A stretch of 64,000 nucleotides of DNA from Octopus sinensis (lineage: Eukaryota). The position numbers were made by a program, and so were the translations under genes. The stretch is taken from contig NC_043000.1 in NCBI RefSeq assembly GCF_006345805.1, positions 140,988,001 through 141,052,000 of the forward strand. The letters are read 5' to 3'. A model generated the notes under the pieces. It had not been told where the DNA came from and ran no database searches. It was given only the letters and a program-made list of their open reading frames with translations. This document shows positions 1-13,896 of the stretch, piece after piece. Position 1 is the stretch's first letter. Every line of letters begins with the position of its first letter.

Positions 1-295
1 TGACTGGATGCCAACCACTCCTAGAGTGTAATGGGTGCTTTTATATGCCACCAGCATGGGTGGCATTTACATGTCACTAGCAATGACCATAACTAAGATG
101 CATGGGTGCCATTTATATGGCACTGGTAGCGACCATGACTACGATTCACAGGTACCATTTACATGACAAAAGTAACAACTATGATGATTCACAAGTGTCA
201 TTCACATGGCACCGGCAATCACCACGACTATGATTCACAGGTGCCATTTATATGGCACTGTCAATGACCACGACTATGGGTGCCATTTATACTTA
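1..295 (-). mobile_element. Decayed RTE-LINE 3'UTR-derived repeat with ~45-bp tandem hairpin units
   Basis: gatgcc-aaccactc...gtgcttttatatgccacc matches the RTE 3'UTR at 14740-14800; repeated gtgccatttatatggcac palindromic units. Confidence 0.55.
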
Positions 296-1340
296 TGTGT
301 ATGTATGTATGTGTGCAGACACACACACACATATGTATGTCAATACATTGTGTATTTATGTGCAGATGTATGCATGTATATATTTATAAAATATATGTGC
401 ATGTATGTGTGTGTGAGCAGACAAATAACTGCACACACAATAAGCAAATTATCTATGTCAAGTTACAATTATGATTGTTACCAATATCGACACATCATAT
501 ATGTGTGACATCTAGATTCCAGCAGACAGCTGACAATGATACCCCAGGCCAAGACAACCTACACATATATTTCACTAACAGACAACAAATACTAATTAGG
601 TAAACACTGGGAAAAATTTCTCAAACCACATACAGAATTATAGTTTGTTGAGTATATTTTAATCCAAAAGGAAAAAATAGCATCTTCAGTATGTAAACAA
701 GCTTCAGAACATGACAGGTGAAGTCTTTTAAGAGTAATAGCTTCTCACATAAACTTTGACATCAGTTGGTCATAAATAATTTCAAAAAATACTATGCAAA
801 GCTATTTGAGATTTTAGTGTTATCATCCCTGCCTAGATTAGATTTAAATATGATTTAGAGTAGTGATGAAGAACCTGAGATGAAAATTATTAGCAGCAAC
901 ATGGCAAGTGCTTTTAGTTAAGATATAATGGACTTTAAAAAATAATAATAATGAAAAAAAAAAAATAAAACTTCATGTAATAGTATGTTATATTTAGTAT
1001 ATTAAAAATGCTTATCTGTAAGTGTTTATGTCTCACTAAAATACATGAACATATGACAATTTGTTGAAGAAATTTAAATTTCAACATGCTAGTCTAAAAA
1101 GGTTTAGCAGCATGAGAACTGAGTTTACAAATGTTGGTGAGGGAAAAGGCATCCATCCAAAGAAACCTGGCCAAAGCAGATAATGGAGACTAACAGAGCC
1201 TTCAAGCGTGTTGGATCCTACCAGCAAAAAAACATGGATATTAAGGGATGATGATGATGGTGATGATGATCATGAAATGCATGTGCAAATATATAACATC
1301 TGTCATCTCTCAGTTCTGCAATAAATGTTATTGGAATAAA

Positions 1341-1575
1341 GGCGGCGAGCTGGCAGAATTGTTTGCACACTGGGTGAAATGCTTAGCGGTATTTCATCTG
1401 CTGCTACGTTCTGAGTTCAAATTCTGGTGAGGTTGACTTTGCCTTTCATCCTTTCGGGGTCGATTAAATGAGTATCAGTTACACACTGGGGTCGATATAA
1501 TCGACTTAATCCCTTTCTTTTGTCCTTGTTTGTCCTCTAAATTTTTATTCCCCTGTGAACAATAAAGAAATAAAG
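1341..1575 (+). mobile_element. tRNA-derived SINE (family B, CORE-like central domain) with 15-bp TSD
   Basis: A-box-like TGGCAGAATTG, B-box-like GAGTTCAAATTC, gcctttcatcctttcggggtcgat core, (AAAGAAAT) tail; flanks aaatgttattggaat (1323-1337) and aaatgttattgaaat (1576-1590). Confidence 0.8.
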
Positions 1576-2900
1576 AAATGTTATTGAAATTCAAGTACAT
1601 GCCTTCTTTGAAGATGTGCTGGTGGGAAATACTGAGTAATGAGGAAATATATATAGACTATTTTCAAATAAATATAACCTGTACTTAATCTTTTGAGAAC
1701 TATTTTTCATTTGTAAACATAAACATATACCCACTCCTGTTCTGTTAAACCTGATTTATAAACTGAGGTTATACAGTCACGAGCAGCAAAGTACAATCTG
1801 ATCTATTCCTTGCAAGATATGCAAATATATCTCCAAAGGTGGAAAGTAAATGGTTGATTTTTTTTTAAAACAGAAGTGACAATAACAATTCTAGTTGAAA
1901 CAGGCATCTTTTGTTGAGCTCAAATATAAACCCAGACTCATACATACACCATGCATGCATTTGTGTATGTGTGTGTGTGGCAATGTGTGTACTTATACAT
2001 ATGTATGCATACTCTCACACTCATATACATACATATGCAGGCACACACACATATACTCACCCATATATACATATATATGAAACATCATTTCATGTTAGCT
2101 TTTAAATTAGTAGTCTGTCACAAGGAGACAAAATAAACATATGAAATGAAATACAAAAATACAAAAGAAATGATGATAAACCATTCAACATTGACAAAGA
2201 ATTCTCTACAATTTCCTTCAATTCAACCTTATGTAACAAAACCAATTTTCTCATAAAATTCTTCTAATCACATATCTTTTTATATAAATCGATTTCACTT
2301 TTAAAAAAGAAAAACGTTTTATATCTAAATATTTATTTGTCAGTCTGTTTTTCTTTTGAACAGATTTATTCTTTATTTCATTATAATGCTGTATGAAAGT
2401 GATTTGTAGTTGATGTTATTATTGTTATTAGTATTGATTTTAAGAAGAAAAAAAATTGTCAATCATATGTAATGATTTTTCAATAGTTTCCTTTCTGTTT
2501 ATCTCTCCTTCTTTAAACTAATTTATCTTTCTGTCAGTAGAGGTTGTTAAATATTTATTTAGTTTCTGGTTCTGTTCTAATGGTTTACCAAGGAGACACT
2601 GATTATCATCACTACCTGTAATTTTTCCTATGACAATTTAATAATAAAATTACACACACACACAAGCACACATACATATGTGCATACACATATATACACA
2701 CATAATACATACAAACAGACACACAGATAGGCAGATAGATTTTGTGAAGTTTCTTGCATTTAGACATATATTTTGATTCATTCCATAGTATACTACATGT
2801 ACTGGTATTCTAATTTTTTTTGCATGGTTAACTTTGCCACATGCTTTTTCTTTAAAAATTCTGCCCAGTGGGATAGAATATTTGTTCCTTTTAAGTTTAA

Positions 2901-3748
2901 CCCCTTAATGGATTATCTCGAGTTTACTCATGCATCGCAAATGTATCTTTTTAGAACCAGACGAGTATACTCGGGCAAAATTAACTTTAAATTTTAGCAC
3001 TGAAACAAGTATATTTGTTTTGTGTCGTTTCATTTTTGAGCAATCATGAATTTACTTGCCTTGTTTAAAAAAAATAAATATTTTTTCATTTCATGGATTT
3101 GATTATCTGGAATGTTTATTTTTTTTATAAAGCATCTTTGGAAACTTCAGCTTCTGCTATGAAACCGCTGAAATTTAGAATGCAAATGATCATCAATATT
3201 ATAGAAAACTATAGGCCCTTATTGCCTCCCATGAAACCAGGAAGACCATCAATCCCACATCCAACAAGATATGTCCCAGCTGGTTACTTTCCCTTGGAAA
3301 TACCACCAAGTGATAAGAAAAAGAATCCTACAAGACAGTGTGCAAAATGTGCAGAGAAGAGAGACGCTAAAGGAAAGAAGATTTGAAGAGAAAGCAGATA
3401 CATGTGTGATGTCTGCAAACTAACTTTGTGTATAACTCCTTGTTTTAAAAATGATCATTCTAAATAAACTATCTCATTTTAAAAAAAATGTCTGATTTAA
3501 AAGCAATAGATCTTATGAAAAAAATTGAAGGTAATTAAGTTATATGTATTTTTTCAATGTCCGAGTTAACTCGTTTGAATCCAAATGAGTAAAAGTACAT
3601 TTTAATTTCTATAATAAAAAATAAAGGAGACAAGATAAAAAACATTTTTTTCAAATTAAGACAGTGTATATAATTAAAAAAAAAAAGGAAGTTAAAAAAT
3701 ATACTCTGAAATGAAACGCCATGTCAAAATAATTGATCCATTAAGGGG
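2901..3748 (+). mobile_element. Internally deleted piggyBac transposon (848 bp)
   Basis: TTAA at 2897-2900 and 3749-3752; perfect 13-bp TIR CCCCTTAATGGAT (2901-2913) / ATCCATTAAGGGG (3736-3748); transposase C-terminus inside. Confidence 0.92.
3093..3467 (+). pseudogene. piggyBac transposase C-terminus including the cysteine-rich domain
   Basis: ...KPLKFRMQMII...YFPLEIPPSDKKKNPTRQCAKCAEKRDAKGKKI*RESRYMCDVCKLTLCITPCFKNDHSK*; one in-frame TGA at 3384-3386. Confidence 0.88.
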
Positions 3749-3989
3749 TTAAAAAAGAGAAATTTAGAAAATAAATTATATTAAATAACGTTACACACCA
3801 GGTAGTTTTTTTTCTTTTTTGGGGTTTTACTCTAAACAAAGAAATATCTATATCAGATGTAACTTAGCAATAATGAGTCTTCTTTTAATATGCTGAGTAA
3901 TAATTTTAATTGAATAAGAATATGACTTCCATAACCAAAGCTCATTTTAATAAACCTGCATGAATAAAAGCTTGAGATGATCCTGAATG

Positions 3990-4565
3990 TACTGAGACTT
4001 GCTCACCAACCACATGGTTCTGGGTTCAGTCCCACTGCATGGCATCTTGGGCAAGTGTCTTCTATAGCCTCAGGGTGGCCACAGCCTTGTGAGTGGTTTT
4101 GGTAGACAGAAACAGAAAGAAGCCTGTCGTGTGTATATATATATATGTGTGTGTATATATATATATGTGTGTGTGTATATATATATATATATATTTATTA
4201 TATGTAGAAAAATACAAACTGGGACAAGAACGTAAAACATTTAGAAGACGATACAAAAAACATGGACGGGACATTCGAAGCCTTCAATCTTCAGTCAAGA
4301 ACCGGATCATCCATGCAATTTCAGCTGATTAAATATGTATGTATATATGTGTGTGTGTTTGTATCTGTGCTTGTCCCCCACCCAACATCGCTTCACAACC
4401 GATGTTGGTGTGTTTATGTCTCCGTAACTTAGCAATTTGGCAAAAGAGACTGATAGAATAAGTACTACGTTTACAAAGAATAAATCAAGGGGTCGATTTG
4501 CTTGACTAAAGGTGGCGCTCCAGCATGGCCACAGTCAAACGACTGAAACAAGTAAAAGAGTAAAT
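3990..4565 (+). mobile_element. tRNA-derived SINE (family A, internal (TA/TG)n) with a Penelope pLTR fragment (~4215-4332) inserted in its microsatellite
   Basis: ggttcagtcccactg...cttgggcaagtgtcttc head/core; acaagtaaaagag tail; insert is the reverse complement of part of the 25095-25536 repeat. Confidence 0.8.
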
Positions 4566-4680
4566 AATCCTTTGCTACATTCAGCCTCATGTTTTGCTGT
4601 TTCTGTCAATTCGTTGTACTCTGCTAATTCATTGTTTCTGGCAGCTCATAAGTAATAAGAATGATAATGAAAATACTGAA

Positions 4681-4770
4681 GACTTCGATGATGATGATAA
4701 TGATGATGATGATAAGAATGATGATGATGATAAGAATGATGATGATAAGAATGATGATAGCAGTAATAAG
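4681..4770. repeat. (GAT)n / (GATGATGATAAGAAT)n microsatellite
   Basis: Direct reading. Confidence 0.9.
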
Positions 4771-5294
4771 GATGATTCCTTTTATTCATACTGAAAGCAT
4801 TAGGGGGCAATTTATTACAAAACAAAAACCAAAAAAATTAATATGTTGTGTTACTAATAAATGTAAAATTATATAAGCACTATTGAATATACGCTCATTT
4901 GATGCTTTTCCCCCATGTAATAGTTTTACCTTATTGTGCGGATAAACGATTAAAATGTCAGAAATTTTATTCTCTCTTATTTGGAGTTTGCTGTAATTTG
5001 TAGTTGAATGACAAAGCTCATTCAGGACCAGCAAAATCTATGATTAGTCTTTCTTTTTTCATTCTCTCTTCTGGATGAAGGTGAATTGCCCATGTTTATT
5101 GTAGGCCAGTTGCAACTGATAAAACAGAGTCTGTTCCAACTGTTGCAAGTCAACATCTGCAGGAAAGATATGAACAAAGAGATTTCTGAAGACTAATGGT
5201 TTAAAGAGAAATGTTTGGGTATAGGCATTAGTTAGTTAGTTAATTTTTTGGCTCAAAAAGCAAGGCCATGGAGTTATGTACAGGGTGGTGTTCA

Positions 5295-5790
5295 TGTAAA
5301 GATTTCAGGCCATTTGTGGTCAAGGGAAACTGAACTGAGCGGTCGTCGGCATCTTCACTATCTCATCCGGCAGCTTATTCCACGGATCTGCAACCCGGAC
5401 GGAGAAAGCCTCTCTCCTTTGACTGAGATGAAATCGTCGCAGATAGAGCTTTTCGGAGTGACCTCGCAGCCGATGCTCTGGAGCAGGAGTGAAGAACAGC
5501 TCTTTCGAGAGGTTACACTTTCCGCTTATGTCGTTTTTCTAGAGAATAAAGGTTGAGCGTCTTCAGCCTTTCTTCATAAGACAAGTGCTTGAGATCAAGA
5601 ACCATGTGGGTAGCCAGCTTCTGGACTCTTTCGAGATGCTGTATGTCTTTGAGGAGATAAGGAAAAGAGGCTTGAATCCCGTACTCCAATATGGGTAGTG
5701 AGGTCTGATAGGTGGCTTGAACATAAGGGTGATGAGAGAAGGATAATCAAATTGGTCAAGAGTACACGAGTGCAGGTGACATAAAACCAG
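5295..5790 (-). mobile_element. CR1-clade LINE 3' fragment
   Basis: Minus-strand translation includes HRLRGHSEKLYLRRFHLSQRREAFSVRVADPWNKLPDEIV, a typical CR1 ORF2 C-terminus. Confidence 0.8.
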
Positions 5791-5829
5791 TCAATTTTGA
5801 GAAATAGAAACCAGTATGTTAGACAGGCT

Positions 5830-6060
5830 GTTTCAATCAGAAATTAGCAATGCTAGATATAAATGAAAGCTTTAGTGAAGTCTAGAGATACAGCATTGCT
5901 TCACCAAATTTCACAACAACAAAGGCCAGCTAGTGGCTGTCATAACAGAATAAGTCTTCATTAGATCTGGCTCTATTGAGAGGAGAGAGAGAAAATTAAA
6001 GTATTGAAGAACATCTTTGTTAATAGTTTTCTGTATTAATGTCGAGGGATCTAATATATA
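5830..6060 (-). mobile_element. Decayed CR1/Jockey RT fragment
   Basis: gctgtatctctagacttcactaaagctttc = AVSLDFTKAF (RT D-x-x-KAF motif). Confidence 0.5.
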
Positions 6061-7129
6061 GTTTTTACAGTTGCATTTTGTTTCTTTATACTGGAAAAAT
6101 GTGAAGCCTGTCATTTCTATTTGTGTGTGTATTGTTTTATCATTTGTATTTTATTTACCTGTTGTTTAACCTCAGATCAAATCAAAACACCTGTGAAGAA
6201 TTCCATTAATAACCATCTTGTCATATTATGTGTATATAAGACTATATTATACAATGTGTCTTTTCCATTTTTAAGATGGCAGAGTGTAGTATAATGTGTA
6301 TTTGGTTGTTATTTCTTGCATGTTGAGTAAGCACAAATAGTCCCACATTGGTCCATATGCCATGAATATCATAGAAGTGAGGTAGTTACTTACATATACT
6401 TTGGTTTACTGCAATTACAAATGTTGTCATATTTGGTGCTGATGGTATTTGATCTACTTTGGTATTTCTGGTAAGAAGGAAAATCACATTTGGCAAGTGC
6501 TACTTTAGTCTTTAATTTTGGAACCATTTATGTATATGATTGATTAGGATTAGAATAGGTACAGCTTCACGAACAAAATAGAATGAGAAGCTATGGAATC
6601 ATCTGCATATGAGGCTCTGTGCTTACTTAAAACATCATGTATGTATACATTAAATAGAGAAGTGAAAACTCTTACTCTCTTAAAGAAATGACAGCTTCTA
6701 TTGTACTTAAGAAATAGTTTAATAACCTATGGTTTGCATTTAATATTCTGTCAGTAAATAGATAGCATGTAGAATGGTCAAAAGTTTTGCTAGTTAATGG
6801 TGCTTGTTAATGCTGCTTAGCAACAGGTCAACACCATTAGAAAATACCTGTACTCAGCCATAATCAAGGCATCTTTCTTTTAAATCTAATGCATCCATTT
6901 TCTATGATAGTTTGTATTATTTGAAGATTTGGTTATTTCTTTATGAAAAAGTGATCATATAAAGGCTCTCTCATTAACTTATGTTACCACTGTGTCTCTT
7001 GATGTTGCTGTACATTAATACAGATAGTCTAATTATTCTTCTTTTTAAATGTTATAGTTGTAAATTGCTGCTGCAGTAATTATTTTTGCCATTACTGATT
7101 CTATTAACGTAACTGTGAACACTAACATT

Positions 7130-9310
7130 TTATACTGAAGCAACAACAATTTTTGTTGCAATTATGTCTATGTTCTCCATTACGGATGCTCTATCAGGAG
7201 TCCCAGTATCTATCTTTGTATATATTTTCATATTCACATCCTTCATATCCATGTTATAACTACCTTGATAAAATGGACAGGTATGCCAAGGATTTTGTAT
7301 CATGAATGGTGGATTACCTCTCAAACAATCAGGAGTTCCAATAAGTATTTCTATGTATTTCCATATCCACAGTGTCTTAGCTCTAACAATATGCCATCTT
7401 CATAAAAGTGGCTAAGTGAGCCAAAGATCTTTTTTGGCCAGTGAACAATGAACTACATTGATGACTGTGTGTATTAAGTTAACTAGGAAACTTAGAACAG
7501 AGAATTTAATCTGCAGCTATAAATATTAATGGCAGTACGCTAAAACAAAGACATGAAATTAAAGTGCAAGAGAGAAACATATTCCTGAATACTATTTGTG
7601 GGAACTGCAACTGATCACAGTCAGTTGTCTGTCATCCCTATACAAACCCAATTCTATATTTAGGAATTCATCCCCAAATTGAAATGGGAAACGAAGTCAA
7701 TAAAATCAGAGACCATAGCTAAATTGTTTGGATTCTTACTCATGTCAAAGGGGTTATTTAGGAATTTTTTCCCAAATAGAATTATCAAAACTCAATGCAA
7801 TTTTTTGGGGTGTAAATAACTGCATCAATCTTGAAATTGCTAATATCCTTTGTGGTTTTAGTAAAATTAATTGTGGTAATGGCATGGAGGTATAATAATT
7901 GTTTTATTGAACTGAATATATTTTGTATTTTTATTATTAAGGATATATTTGAATTAGTTTATTCAGGTGGTGGCTATGATGTAAATTGATATTGTGTTGA
8001 GATGAATAATTACTATTGAGACAGATTAGAGCCTGGTGCAGCCATCTGGTTCACCAGACCTCAGTCAAATCGTCTAACCCATGCTAGCATGGAAAGTGGA
8101 CGTTAAACGATGATGATAATGTTGAGTGGCATAATTATTATTGAGAAAGAAATTGTCTAAGTAATGCTGCAGTATATCAATGCAGGGTTAATACACCTAT
8201 TGCTAGTAAATCTTATATAGGTTTAACAGCTATAAAATTTAAGTTTCAATATTACACACAAAAAAAAATCATTCATTTAGAAAACTATCTTGAAGGATAA
8301 GGGCATCATTTTTGGCAGTTATCAGCCTGCATGATACAATTATCAAGAACAACAAATAATGGAAGAATTTTGCTATAGCCAAACGTTATAATGGCAATAA
8401 AAAACCTTGTAGTCTATACTTCTACACAGTTTTTCTTTACCAAATTCCCCTCATGGGGTATTAGTTAATCCAAGTTTACAAGAGAAGACACTTAACCCAA
8501 TATTCCACACAGGAGAATTTAAATTCAGAACTGTTTATAAAACGCCATTCCTTTACCTCATAGCCATACTTGCCTTATAAACAATACCAAAGATTGTATG
8601 ATCAATGTGAAAATCTGTTATAAAAATCCATTTAAAAATTCATCGCTCCAAAGATACTGAAAGAGCACAGTGATTTGTGTTTTAATAGGTCGATCTCCTC
8701 CTCTCCAGATATAACTGGCCATTGACTTCTCAGTTTGAAATTCTAATCTTTGACTAGTCTATTGTTAATGCTGCTTGGTGTCCAACCCTCCTCGCTTCAT
8801 AAACTGGGCAGTGGAAGATGTGATATAGTGGATGATATGAGAGAAGGTGTACAGTTTAACATGATACCACTAGTGAGAAAATCCTGACATGATCAGTTAT
8901 AACAATAATAAATATATACATCTAAAGATTCAGTGATAAAGATAACACATATGAAAGAAAATATTTTATCATATTAATTTGTGCATGTGTGAACCAGGAA
9001 TAAACCTTCAAGTTTGTTGATTTGTGATTAATGTCAATTCCTTCATTAAATATTTTGCTTTTTAGCTTTAATGATATAATTTGATCTAAAGTTGGAGCTG
9101 TGTTTTGATCAAGAAGTTGTTTTGCAGAAGAATGTTCTTTTCCTTCAACCAGAGTTATGATATTTGCTTTCAAATATACTTATGCAAAGTAGTTTTTATT
9201 GTCCTCCATTCCTTTTACTATGCTAGCAAGAATAACCCACTCTAACCTTGCCATCTCTTCAGATAATTCTCTATCAGGTCTAGTGTTCATAGGTGAACTT
9301 TAACTGCATC
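7130..9310 (-). mobile_element. Patchy, heavily decayed ORF-like remnants (7130-7420, 8640-8890, 8920-9310), possibly L1/Tx1-like ORF2
   Basis: Interrupted frames such as RWHIVRAKTLWIWKYI...CPFY...KIYTKI, MKRGGLD, ASYIWRGG; stops and frameshifts; no consistent splice phases. Confidence 0.25.
8025..8120 (+). mobile_element. Short 5'-truncated RTE 3' end with (GAT)n tail
   Basis: gagcctggtgcagcc...ccatgctagcatggaaagtggacgttaaacgatgatgat. Confidence 0.8.
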
Positions 9311-10959
9311 TTTTGCTATAAACAAAAATAATATATGCTTATCTTAAGAAAGAATGTTTACATGGCTCCACAAGAATATTCATCAGAAGCTTCTGTGAAT
9401 AAATTTTGTTTACAAATATATGTTATTCAATTACATATGGCATTTAAGACACTCACTGAATCATTTAATAGTAAGCTAGAAAAATATATAAGATGAAATA
9501 AAAGAACGAAAAAGAAGCAAGAAAATTTAAGCATGAACATGTAATATCTTTCTAATTTTGGCCATAATTTAACATAAACAAGATCTGCTGAGAAATGTCA
9601 TAAAAAGAAATTTACTTATATATATATATATATATATATGCAACAAAAGCTGAGAGAAATTTTTCCTTAGACAATGCTTAAAATGTTCTAATAAACAATT
9701 TTACATTAATAATGATAAGCAATGATGTGAAGGTTAAAACCGAGGATGTCGACATCTTATGATTGAATTTGTACAGGACATATGCTTTTTATTAAGTAGT
9801 TTCAAAGGTTAGATGTGAATATTTCAAGCCAGAATAACTGTTTTGAATTACTTTCTTTATAGAATTTGTCTTTGATATTCATGAAAAATCAAAATACCAC
9901 AACTTGACTAGAATTAAATTTTATATGTATCAATAAATCAGGAATATATTTCTGGAATACAAAATTCCCCAAGATGTGTTTACTAATAAACTATATGCAA
10001 AGAAAGAATGCAGCTTGTATGTCAGACGAAATCAAATATTGAAATTGTTAATATAGTTAAGTATGCTCGCCCAGACATATAATTCATGTTATTCTATCTA
10101 GCAAGAAAATTCTTCGGAGATCAACCTCATTTGATGACAAAATAATAGACATTAGGAAAAGTATGTTGCAGAAATAGTTGAGCATTGACGAAGAGAACAA
10201 TGGCTTACAATATTAAGTACAGACATTCTAAACACAGAGTTCAAATCCTATCTGAGCTGCTTCTTTCATTTCTCGGTCTACAAGGATAAAATAAGCTGCA
10301 ATACATTAGGGCTTCTATAATTAGCCATCACCATGTCATTGAGCTTTAAATGATAATTGGTTTGTTATTTTAAATAGCATACTTCTCCAAGTAGATGGAA
10401 GTTCTTCAGAGACATCTGCTCAAAATCTTTAGAATATTTATTCAACTCATAGCATATCCAAAAAGACTTTGAAAATATATATGGCTTACCCAGAGAGATT
10501 AATATAAAACTGTAGTGAACCTTGGTGGCCACAATGGGAAGAAAAATGGAAAAGGGATTTAACGAGAGTAATCTCCCTCAAGCTTCTAGAATGTTTGAGA
10601 GCTTTCTGGAAAGTTCCATTTTATGTGGAAGTCAGGGACTTACGGTTCATCCCTTATATAAGGGAAGTAATTTCTAAATTCGCACCACTCAATGTTTATT
10701 GATTCTTTGACATACCTGAGTCAGGCTGCAGCACATACACACCTGCCCGCCTTGCTTACTTGGAGACTTGTGATTTGCAAACAGAATATATTCATGTAAT
10801 GTTACAAGCTTTTCCCTCAATTAACCTTATATGTTAACGCATTATTTCTAGTAATAAATGTTGTGACTTATTACAAGCGTCTTGTAAATTTATATTTTCT
10901 TGTTGTTATGAACAAGATAGTGACCCCTTCTTTCTCTCACACTGACTAAATTGCAGAGT

Positions 10960-11290
10960 GTCATTTATCTGACATTACCACTATACAATGGTAATCCTGA
11001 CATCACTATAAAACCATTGTATCTTGATTCTTCACAAGAAAATCTAAAATGTAAAGAAGTATCAGTTGTTGATAGAAAGGATTTGTGCGAGTGATTAGTA
11101 TAATGTTGGTGTAGTGAATGGGGAAAGCTTGGTCTGCAACGTTTGCAGTCGTGTATGCTTGTCAAGAGCAGGGCTCCTTAGCCACCAAAGAAGCAGCGAA
11201 GGCAAAATATAAGTATGTCCTAGAGCGCACAATATTCCTGAAGGTCAGCAAAGGTCTTCCTCGGTCATGAGTGGATGGCCATCATCATGT
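10960..11290 (+). mobile_element. RTE (BovB-like) LINE 3' end
   Basis: NGESLVCNVCSRVCLSRAGLLSHQRS* C-terminal zinc finger followed by a short UTR and catcatcat. Confidence 0.75.
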
Positions 11291-12769
11291 ATGTATGTAC
11301 ATACATGATGATGTTATAAGTTGCCTATATTTTCTGACGAATGAAGAATAGTATAATCTATATAAGACTGCCTGGTTACAATTAACAGTGTCGTTAATTA
11401 ACAAGGTTATCAATATACAGATGAAAACTGTCTGAGAGATACAACCAAGAGCTGAGGTATGTTGTAGCTGACAGACTGTTGGCCAGAGAGCTTGGTTAAC
11501 ACATACTACAAGACAATGTTCAGACAGGAAACTTGTGAACTAAGTAAAGAGAAATGATTGAAGTGAATAGGAAAGAAACTTGTTCAGGACATTGTTGAAT
11601 GCTTCAGTAATACATAGGTTATATAAGATTGCTTTTGTTTAGGTTTCTAAATTATCATAATAGAAGAGAACAGATTTTCGATAAATTTGGTTCTGTGGAA
11701 ACCATATCATTAGTTATTAAGATGGAAAAGACCGCTCATTCATATTTATGCTTGCTTTTCCATGCTAGTATAAGTTATACAAATGTGTATTACAGTATCA
11801 GAACACTGTTTTACAGATAGATGCTCTTTCTGTAGCTAAACTTTTCTGTTTTTCATGAAGGGAATCTTTTATTATATCTTCAATACCATTGAAAGTGCAA
11901 AGTGAATAAATGATTGAGAAGAAGATTACAAAAACCATCACCACTTATGCGCCTTAATTTTTTCATGTGAAGCATTTGGAATGCAAATAGTCTAAGAGAC
12001 ACAATGTGATAAATTATGTTATTTTATATAGTTCCTTCTCTCAGCTTTGTGAAAGTGAAACTTAGTTTAGTAGTCGAAAGGCTGAGACAGGATTTCATTT
12101 TGACTTCCCATAACATACCCAAATACAGAGAAATACTGAAGAATTTGGTAAATATAAGTGCTATCTTAGAAATGCCCAGTGTGCAAATATGATAATTCTA
12201 TCAGGATTGATGATATTGTTGGGTTAGAGTGAAGAAACTTTGCATTTGTAACTACATATCGATTTGATTTAAACAAGTAGAAAACAGAAAGGATAAGCTT
12301 TGTTATAGTGTCAGAAATTAAAAATAAAATGAACAAAATGTTTAATAAATTTATCTTGACTCAAAATTTAGAATATTTTTGGTATAGGATCTCAGTCTTT
12401 GACTAATTCTGGGATGTTACAAAGCTTGCAGGCCATATAATGTGCAATGGCATTCCTTGTCTCTTTGACTACTTTACAAGTTAAAATAGTCATACCCCAT
12501 TGCAGATATAATAATTGAGTGGAATTGATAATCTTTTATTATTACATGTTTCAGTCATTAAACTGTGGCCATGCTGGGGCACCACCTTGAAGAAATCTTT
12601 GATCAAATAAATCAACCCCAATACATTTGTTTTTAAATATTGTATTCATTCTATCAAACTCTTTTGCTGAACTGCTAAGTTACATAGACATAAGCACACC
12701 AGCACTTGTCAAATAGTGCTGGGTGACGAACAAGTGTAGCAAATTCATTAACTGTTTCCATTGGTTGAT

Positions 12770-13340
12770 GCTGGAATCATGGGAAAAATGATGATGCCCT
12801 GCAGAAGTGAAAGGTAGCAACATCATCTCGATATTCAAAGATTGGTAGAAATGAATGTGAAAATATCTGGAGATTTTTCTGTATGCTGTACCTGGGATGA
12901 ACCTTACAAGAGTGTTACTCAGTAGATTGTGTGAAAAATCAAAGTAGTTCTATTTGAAACACAATGTTGTTCTTTCTTTCTTCTTGTATTGATACAGCAT
13001 TCACCCAGGGTGGGTTGAGCTGTCTTCATTCATCCTCAATGCTGCATCTCTCACAAACGCTGACCAAACTTGGCGATTTGAGGCTAATGACCACGTGATC
13101 TCCAACCAATCCTTATTCCAGCGGCAAACGCCGTAGATATGGGGGCCTAGGTTGGGTTCCAGATCAGGCCTTGACTGTCATCAGCCAGGTTTTTCGTTGT
13201 CCACATGACAACGAAACACAATGTTACTTCAGAAGAGGAAGAAGCACCATGGACATGGTGCTCTGTCTATCAGATTCAGAAAATGTGTGGAACAAGACAT
13301 GGAATGGTATATGGTCTTCATTATCTTCTCAATGAATAGA
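12770..13340 (+). mobile_element. Decayed RTE-BovB RT fragment, interrupted by a younger insertion
   Basis: SNIISIFK...LTRVLLSRL upstream of the insert and TQCYFRRGRSTMDMV downstream. Confidence 0.65.
12969..13212 (-). mobile_element. 5'-truncated LINE 3' end (244 bp) with 13-bp TSD
   Basis: TSD gaaacacaatgtt at 12956-12968 and 13213-13225; GPHIYGVCRWNKDWLEITWSLASNRQVWSAFVRDA C-terminus; (GAAA)-type tail. Confidence 0.75.
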
Positions 13341-13679
13341 TAAAACTTAGTTGCAAAGCCAAATCTTCTACTCAAAGTTGGCTTGTACAACAACAAGAAA
13401 AAATAATCAGGATACAATAAGTCTGAATAGAGACTGACCGAGATACAAAGATGTGATTAAACGGAAGATGAGGATATTAAGCCTTGACATTGTCAGTAGG
13501 TGAGTAACTCAGAAATGTGAAACTTAAATGGTATCTACTTTCTATTGATTTTAGGAAAATGATCCACTTTTGACATTATGACTTGTGTGAGAGATGGGAC
13601 AGTCATCAATGTGTATGAACAGACAGTCAATGTTGTAAATTTAAAATGACATTAAAACAATGATACTGTAGAAAACATA

Positions 13680-13896
13680 TGAGTGGGTGCTGGAAAGTTC
13701 TTGGCTTAAAGGATAACATAAAGGGCCTGGTTGGAGGCCCGGCCTTCTAATTTCTCTAATAGGACTTAGAAAAACTGAAGGGCTGCTGCAATAAGTGTGC
13801 AAATCTGGGAGGGGAATATGTTCAATAAAATCATAACTATCTGATCCTCCTGTATTTTCTTTTACCCAAATTCAGGAACTTTTCAACAGCCCCTTG
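13680..13896 (+). mobile_element. Non-autonomous mariner element (~217 bp)
   Basis: TA at 13678-79 and 13897-98; imperfect TIRs tgagtgggtgctggaaagttcttgg / tcaggaacttttcaacagccccttg; GLEKLKGCCNKCANLGGEYVQ* mariner C-terminus. Confidence 0.8.

Noticed and set aside
4930-5156. Exon-like segment with good minus-strand acceptor and donor (DVDLQQLEQTLFYQLQLAYNKHGQF...)
   Set aside because: Stops in all three frames, no compatible neighbouring exon, no recognisable homology.
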